DNA from: the human T2T-CHM13v2.0 reference genome, Homo sapiens
DNA length: 64,000 nucleotides
NCBI RefSeq assembly: GCF_009914755.1
Contig: NC_060946.1
Strand: one strand, 5' to 3'
The notes under the pieces were generated by a model that was not told the origin of the DNA, made no database searches, and was given only the letters and a program-made list of their open reading frames with translations. The position numbers and the translations under genes were made by a program. Below, piece by piece: positions 18,658-64,000 of this stretch; within the stretch, counting starts at the first letter, position 1; each line of letters starts with the position of its first letter.

Positions 18658-19500
18658 GGCCGGCCGGCGCTGCCGCTCCCCGCGCTGGAAAGCCTCATGG
18701 GCCGGCGCCGCACCGTGCGCCCCCAGGCCGTGCGCCCCGCGCGCCCTGCCCGGTGCGCCACGGCCCCGTCGCGCTTCTCGTCGCCCCTCGGAGCACCGAG
18801 ACCGGAGAGGGCAGGCCCGAGGCAGGAGCTGGCGGCGGGAGGGCAGACAGACAGCCGAGTGGGCAGACAGGTGGCGGGCGCGCGAGCGGCTCGGGCGGGT
18901 GCCGAAGCTCGAGAGAGAGCAGAGCCGGAGCGGCGCTCAGACACCGCCTCCGCCCCGCAGCGCCAACCCAGGCGCCGGCGGACGCGCGAGGCGCCGAAGT
19001 CCGCCCCTCTCGCGGCGCGGGTCCCGCAGCGGTGCGGGGCGCGGGGGGCAGCGCTGCCTCCCGGAGCCTCTGTGCCTCTATCCTTCTCTCGCTTCCGCGC
19101 CTGGAGTCGCCGCCCCAGCCGCCGGCGCGAGCGAGCGGGGCCTCCCGGAGGCGGCGATGAGGTAACCGCCCGCCCCTCCCACCTTCCCCCACCGCCCAGG
19201 ACGCCCCTCCCAGGAAGGGTCGCAGGAAGGTGACTGGGGGACAGAGATCCCGGAGAGGGCCTACCCCTTCCTTACCTCCTCCGCGTGTCCCGCTCCTCTC
19301 ACCCGCTCCAAAATAGAAGCCCCTTCCCACCCACTGCCGCGGCCGCTCTTCCAAACACTGCTCGCCCCCACGCTGGCTCCCGACAAGCCCCGGCCCCCGG
19401 AGTCAGGCCGCCCGGGGTCCGAATTGGGGGGGGCGGCTGTGTGACCTTGGGCGAATCGCCGCACTGCGCTGGGTCTGCGCTCCGCATCCATCACAGGCAG
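18230..19500. promoter_or_regulatory. RASL10A: CpG island / RASL10A promoter and exon 1
   Basis: Extremely CpG-rich, with GC boxes around and upstream (on the - strand) of the ATG. Confidence 0.9.
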
Positions 19501-20097
19501 ACTCCTCAAGAGGCTCCAACCTTTTCTTGAGAGCCTACTATGTGCCAGGCCCATTACCTACGTGATTCTCGAACCTACAGCCTCAGCCTGGCATCGCTGG
19601 TTGAGAGAAGAGGAAACAGGCCCGAGAGGGGAATCTGCAAGGTTAGAAGGGCAGTGGGGGGGCCCTTGAAGTCTCCTTTGAAGTCCCTCCTACCTTCCTC
19701 CTGCCCACGGGGGTAAATGGCCCACACTAGACAATATTCAAACAGCCGTCCTCGAGGGGAAGTGGGGACAGAGGGTGCCGAGACCACAGCAGCTTAGCCC
19801 CAGATCCCTGTCCCAGCAAGGCTGGAGGTGACTAAATAAAGATCCAGAAATTGGCCCACTCCACCTCCATCACTACTAAGGTCACCTTTCCTGCGTGAGT
19901 TGCAACCCGTAGCGCCCCTCAAAGGGATGCAACCTCCAAAACAGGCGCCCAGAGCCCAAGTTCCCCCTCCCTCGAGCTAGTGGAGAAGCTCCTGCCCCAT
20001 CACAGCTTGGAAAGCCTGGGTTAGCCCAGCCCCCCCATCCTCCGCCTCTGCTCTCCTCCCCGCTGTGTGGGGGCTCCCACGTCTCTGACCTGCACAT

Positions 20098-20145
20098 GGC
20101 AATGCTCAAGAAATGGCGGCAATGCTCAAGAAATGGCCGCAATGC
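20098..20145. repeat. 20-bp tandem repeat, about 2.4 copies
   Basis: ggcaatgctcaagaaatggc x2 plus cgcaatgc. Confidence 0.9.
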
Positions 20146-20654
20146 ACAGATCTCTGCACTGACTAAGGAGTTCATTTATTTATCCCCTCAACAAATATTC
20201 CAAATCTTATTGCTTGTCAGGAGGCTGAGATAGATTTAAAAAACAGAAAACAGGAAAAAAAAAAAAAGTTCTGCTTTGGGAGAGAAGGTTCTAGAACACA
20301 TGGGATCTAGGGACTGTCAAAGCACAGACAATGTGCCCACACCAGCCCAGGGGAAGTAGAGGAGCTAAATCCTGAAGGGGGAGGAGGCACATCCTCCAGG
20401 GAGCCTGTATAATGACAACCAGAAAGTGTCTCCAGAACAATGGCTGTGCTTTCATCCTCCCATGCTGGATCAGGGGCTGGGGTCCGCTTTCACTCCTCTC
20501 CTCAGCCACTAGGAAGCTCAGAACCACCTCTGTCTAGTGTTCCAGGTCTTCTAGCTCAGTGAGTGGGGACTGCTGGCTTCATCTTTCTTTCCTACCATGA
20601 TTTTTCCCTTCACTTGATGTCCTCTTTCACGTTGTAACTTTTCAGACTTCTGGG

Positions 20655-21427
<773 letters not shown>

Positions 21428-22977
21428 TAGGCGCACTCCCGCCCACCCCTGGGTATTCTTTCTCTGAAAAACTTTCCTTGCTTCTCCTTCCGACACTGCA
21501 AACAGAGCTGTGTGTGAGGCGTCTCTGGCTCCCAGTATGTGTTTTTGGATGGCGAGGGGAAGGGGCACTGTGGACTGGGAACGTCCTGAGGCTCCCATGA
21601 AGCCCTGCAAACGTGCCATGTTCCCTAGGAGACTCTCACAGCAGCGTTCCTAGCAGCAGTGCCCATTTATCAAGGGCCTGCGATGTGCCAAGCCTGACCC
21701 ACAGCCTCATGCTCACTAAGGCTCCCTGGGACGCCATGATTGGGCCACAGTTGCCTAGCAGGAAAATGGCAGCACAGGGGCCGGAACCCAGGCCCTTGGG
21801 CTCCAGAGCCTGGCTGAGAAGCCTGGCTTCATCTGGACCCAGAGGGTTCTCAGGAAGTACTCAACTGAAGCTCAGCCCCCAGTGACCACTCAGCCCCCTG
21901 TCGGGAGGGACTTGGGGAGGCCTCTAGGTCCCGTGGAGCCCCCCATCCACAGGGGCTGAAATGAGCTCTAATGGGAGTGTGCAGCCCTGTGCCAGGCTTC
22001 CTAAAGACCAGCAGGCTGGGGGGCTGAAGCTGCCTGTCTGCCTGGGATGTGGATTTCAGGGTTCTCTCATCAGTCCCCTCATTCCTTCCCCAAGGAAAGG
22101 CTGTAGGCCTCCTGCCTGCTGCCCCCCTCCAATCCCTATTCCCCAGGGGCCTCCTGGGCACTCCTTGAATGCCCCTATCCAGGGCTCCAGGGACCACCTG
22201 CCAACTATGCATGCATCTTCTCCTTCAGCAGAGGGGACTGGCACTAGGCACACAGTGGCCAAGGTGGTCCTGCCTACCCTCTGTGGCAGGGAGAAAGAGA
22301 CAGACATGCAGCTAGGCAGGGACGGGTGAAGACAGGAGCTCTGGGCTGGTTCAGGCCTGGGGAGATGAGGAGGCCTAGGGTAAGCACCAGTCCAGCGGGA
22401 GTTGAGGGGCTTATACTGAGCCCTGAAGGATCAAGCCACAGATAGTGGGGAGGGCTGGGCAGGGGCAGGCACCAGGTGGGGAATTCTGCTTTCCCCAGTT
22501 CATTGCCCACAGGCTCCTAACACCAGCTACCTGGCCTTCACCCATGTGTTTCTTCCCAACTGGGCCTGATTCCAGCCCATCCCTGAAGTCAGGCACCCAA
22601 GACTGCATCCAGCTCCCAGGGGGTGTTAGTTCTGGACTCCTTTGCTAGGCCACACCAGTCACCACTAATTATGGTCTGTCCTGGCCACGAATCATGGCTC
22701 CACACCACCAGTAACTCACCTCCTGGACCCACGAATGGAGGGATCCTCCACAGCTCACATGCTTGGGGTGTAGTGGGTCCTTGGACATCCTCATGATGAC
22801 TCCCACTAATCACAGCCAGGCAGCCTCTTGAGGGCTGGGCTGGTCTTCCAGCCATCAGGACACAAGGAGGCTGGGCAGGGCTGGGCTTCCAAGCCTCTGA
22901 AAGTTTCTTTTCTTGGGTTTGAAACCTCCTTCCAGGGCTGTGTCATCTGTGCAAGTTACTTAAATTCTCTGCACCTT

Positions 22978-23892
<915 letters not shown>

Positions 23893-23999
23893 ACCTCTGC
23901 TTCTCAGCTTCCTTCTCTGTGAAAGAAATATTAATTTTCTTGACTTCACTGAGCTGTGGGATGCAATGAGATGATACAAAGAGAAAAACAAGACAACTT

Positions 24000-29250
<5,251 letters not shown>

Positions 29251-31089
29251 GCTGACCTCACCATGGTCCTGAATTACTTGCTCCACAAAAATGAACGCAA
29301 ACCACTAGCTGAAAATTAAACAACGTAAAACCAGGTCCCGCAACAGCCTTGGCAGTGTCTGGTGCACAGGGGAGCCCATCGGCCCTTGGGTATGTGTTGG
29401 ACCCTCCAGAAATAACTGGTTGCTGTTGTTGGATTTCCTGATTGGCTGGGAAGGTTCAAGACACTTGGGAATCTTCCCAAGAAAAGTCTGGGAAGTTCCC
29501 CAAGCTGCGGGATGCCAAGGCCTCCAAGAGGCGAGACGGGGAGGCCTGAGCGTGTCAGGACCAGGAAGTGCCACATGAGCAGGAGGGAGGCGGCCTGTGA
29601 TGACCCTCAGAGGTGAGGGAGGGACAGGGAAGCTGAAGGGCACAGACTGGCTATGCCCTGAGGTACTCTTCCTAAAGGCAGGGGCCCAAAGTAGCATCCT
29701 GTGTGTCTATTCTCCTGATGCAGTAGTGTGGGGGACTGGGAGCATGAAGGCCCTCCCTGCCTCAGTTTCCCTGCATGTAAACTAAGCCGCATTATATGCT
29801 TAGTCCAGTATATGCTGGGTCGCCTTATGCTGAGCACTGTGGGGGTGAAAGAGGGGCCCAACTGTAGTGAGGCACCGCTCACAATCACCTGAGGCTTGAG
29901 CAGACTCATTCAAACACAAGGTGTCTAGGGATGGTCCTCCTTTCTTGCCAGCTCTCCTCACCCGGGTGGCTTGTCCTGGGCCTCCGGTGGGGACAGCGAT
30001 CCCACACTTGCACTCTTCCGACCTTGCAATGGAGGGGTGGGGAGGTGAAGTGCCAAGCTCCCTGAATGGCTGAGCTGGCAGGCCATGGGCGTGGTGGCCC
30101 GTGCAGCTGCTTCCCAGGCAGAGTGCGAAGGTATTGGGCTCAGGGGAGGCAGACGACACGGCAGGGTGAGAGTCCCTCTCATTAAGGGCTCACCAACCTC
30201 TAGTTCCATGGCAGGGCAGGGACTCCAGATGCATTTGGGCAGAGACTCTCAGGCGAGGCAAGAACCAGGGTTGCACAGTCAAGGGCCTTGGTTGGTTCTG
30301 GACTCTTTGGAGGGGCCACAGCTGGGCACACAGCTCGAGCCCTTGACCCTGGGGTCCCCAGGGCAGCACAGTGACACCACAGAGGTCAGAGGTGGGGCAG
30401 TGGAGGGCCAGGTGCCCCTGTGATGCCCTGCAAGAGGGCAGGCTGTCTCACCCAGCTTCCAGCAGCCAGGAAGGCAGCGGTGTGTGTGAGGTGGGCAGCA
30501 TGTGGGGGGACTAAGTGCAGACAGAACACGAGGGAGCGGCTGGAGCTGAAACAGGCTGAGGGACACCTGGGCTGCTCCTCCCTCAGAAGCAGGCTGAGGC
30601 CCACCAGCCAGGAGGCAGCTCAGCCGATGAAGCCCTGCCCAGGGTCTGGCCACCCTCACTGGGAGCCAGGCCAGTGCCAGGACTGGGGCCACACAAGGTG
30701 TCCTCGGTGGCGGCTGGCCTGGTCCACACGCCCACCCCCTCTCCCACGGCTGCCCCTGATCAGGGGATCTCCCACGGCCCCTGGAGCCTCCCAGATGGCA
30801 GGGAGCTGGGGAAAACCACAAGGGGAGCCCAGCCTTCTGGCCAGCATCACAAGGCGAGGCATTGTCAGCTCTGGGGGAGGTGGGATCAATGGCAGGAGAG
30901 GGGTCAGGGACAGCAGCAGGCCGCAGCAGTCAGTTTGCCAAGGATAGGATGGAGGGAAGGCGCTGTCCTCAGAGTGCCACGGGAGGGGCTGCTGCCGCAC
31001 ATACCACTGGAGCCTTTGACCCTGGGGTCCCTGCAGCCCGGGACTCCTGCCCAGAAGAGCCTCGGGCCTGACACACTGGCTGGGGACAC

Positions 31090-32232
31090 ACTTGATGTCA
31101 TCATTTTTATTCATTTTCTCTTTCTGAAAATAAGAGTAAACATACAATATATATTTTCTGATGATATATATTAGATCTAGTTACCGTAGGGTCAGAAAAC
31201 CATCCCCAACCACTCGGAGGCAGCTTTCAATCCTGACATTCGGTGGAGGGGAAAAAAGTGTCCGTGATTGCCAAAAGCCGAATCTTTCTTTATTATTACA
31301 CAGCAGTAACAGGAAAACCTAATGCTCTGTCAGACACAACTGAAACCTGGGAGGCCAGGAGGAGGGCAGCAGACACTACAGAGAAACCCCGAAGAAACCC
31401 AAACAGGAGGCGCACCCGCTTACCCAGCCCCATCTCTCGGCCCAGTCTTTGTGGCAGGAGGCCTGGGCTCAGAGGCGACACTGAGGAATGTATCACAGGC
31501 AGTGACCACCCTTGGGGCAGAAGTGGGGAGTTGGGGATAGTGCAGCTGCCAGTCGGTGGGGAGCCCGAGACAGGGGCTCTGGGAGCTTCTGCCTGGTCTT
31601 GACCATGTGGGTCAGCACTCGGGAGGCTGTGGCCCAACTGGCACAGCTGCAGGGCACCAGCCTGGTGGTTGCAAGTGGGTGGTGCAGGCCCTGGGCTCCT
31701 CCCAGCCTAGCTCTGCCCCTCTGCCGGCACCTACAGCTCCTTGAGCCCCAGGCCCTAAGTGAGCAGCTCTCCTGGTACCAAGGGGAACCCCTCCCTGCAC
31801 ACCCAGGCCAGGTTGGCAGGGTCCATCCCATGAGAGGTGGCAGTGGAGGGCCCTTTAACACCAACCGGAGAGACCAAGGAGCCAGGGGCTGCCGGGGCTG
31901 TGAGCCGGAGGGGCAAGCTCCACACTCACCCTTCAGGCACAGCTTCTGTGGCTGCTCTGGCTCTGTTTCCTTTGGTCCCCACCTCACTTAACCCCACATC
32001 ACAGCCACAGGAGCAGGGGTGTCCCAGAGCACGGGAGTGCACTGCGCTCTCACCCCAGGAGGGGGTGGTGCCCTACCCCAGGGATCGGGTGGGTTCTGCC
32101 ATCAGGACCAGGGAGCCCACTGAGTGGCCTGGAGCCCCGCCTGGTCCCTCCTGCGAGGAGGAAGATGTGCTGCCCCCGAGGGGCCTCCTCGATGGGGCGG
32201 GCAGAAGGCTGGGGTGGGCGCTGGCCGGGGTC
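31090..32232 (-). terminator. AP1B1: AP1B1 3' UTR with tandem poly(A) signals
   Basis: AATAAA on the - strand at 31289-31294 (proximal) and 31106-31111 (distal), in an AT-rich patch. Confidence 0.85.
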
Positions 32233-63372
<31,140 letters not shown>

Positions 63373-64000
63373 CTGGAAGGTCAAAATGGTGTCAGCATGG
63401 GAAAGGCTGAACAAAGGAAGAGGAAGATTTTCAGGCTGCTAACTAGTGGGTGAGAGGACAGTGGGTAGGAGAGAAAGGAGAGACACACTGGACTTCCTGG
63501 TAAAAGGGAGGGTTTCAGGTCTGCTGTTAACAATCAACACCTATTGATAGAAAGGGAATCCCAAAGGGTAATTTTAAAAGCAGGAAAGTCCTTGATTCTT
63601 TTCATATAGTTCAAACATGAGTTCTGGAGCCCATCAAACCCACCACTGCCTCTTGCTAGCTATATGACATTGGAGAAATTCCTTTGTCACCTGCCCCCTC
63701 GCCCTGAGTCTCAATTTTCTAACTTCCAAGAAAGACGCAACAGAAACTCACTTCACAGGGCCTTTATGATAACTGAATGAGACAACATACTTAGGTATCT
63801 GGTCCTTGATATCTGGGAGATGCTGAGTAAATGAAAATGATCCTTTCTCCCTCTCTGATACTTAATGTGGCCCCTTACATTGGGCTGCTGGTTCTGGAGG
63901 GTCGCAGGGAAGCAGGATGGCTCATGCTGCTTTCTCCACAAGCTCTGGCACCCGGTAAGAACCAGCACAGCATGCATGGAGCACACACCATACACCAGGC

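Overview
Human genomic DNA that I recognise as chr22q12.2 from the encoded proteins. It is GC-rich and Alu-dense. In order it contains: the last five exons of EWSR1 (+; end of the RRM, RGG boxes, RanBP2 zinc finger, PY-NLS); complete GAS2L1 (+; 681 aa, plus a 337-aa short form ending at a stop inside the last donor site); complete RASL10A (-; 203 aa, CAAX), whose 3' end converges on GAS2L1; an Alu/L1-rich intergenic block; and the 3' 20 exons of AP1B1 (-; beta-1 adaptin), including 21-nt and 9-nt microexons and the intronic C/D snoRNA SNORD125 (overlapping MIR3653). All exon boundaries were placed by hand on GT-AG sites, and the frames add up. I see no CRISPR array, foreign insert or new protein-coding gene, and nothing I can call a proven new system. 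The best leads are RNA-level hypotheses: (1) the SNORD125 guide is also complementary to the host gene's own 9-nt microexon and its 5' splice site; (2) two adjacent GAS2L1 introns (91+92 nt) give a stop-free, frame-restoring double retention; (3) an in-frame upstream acceptor would insert a Cys-rich peptide into the EWSR1 zinc finger; (4) five TCCAAT boxes and a miR-219 8mer cluster in the RASL10A 3' UTR. Repeat family names and boundaries come from recalled consensus sequences and are approximate.
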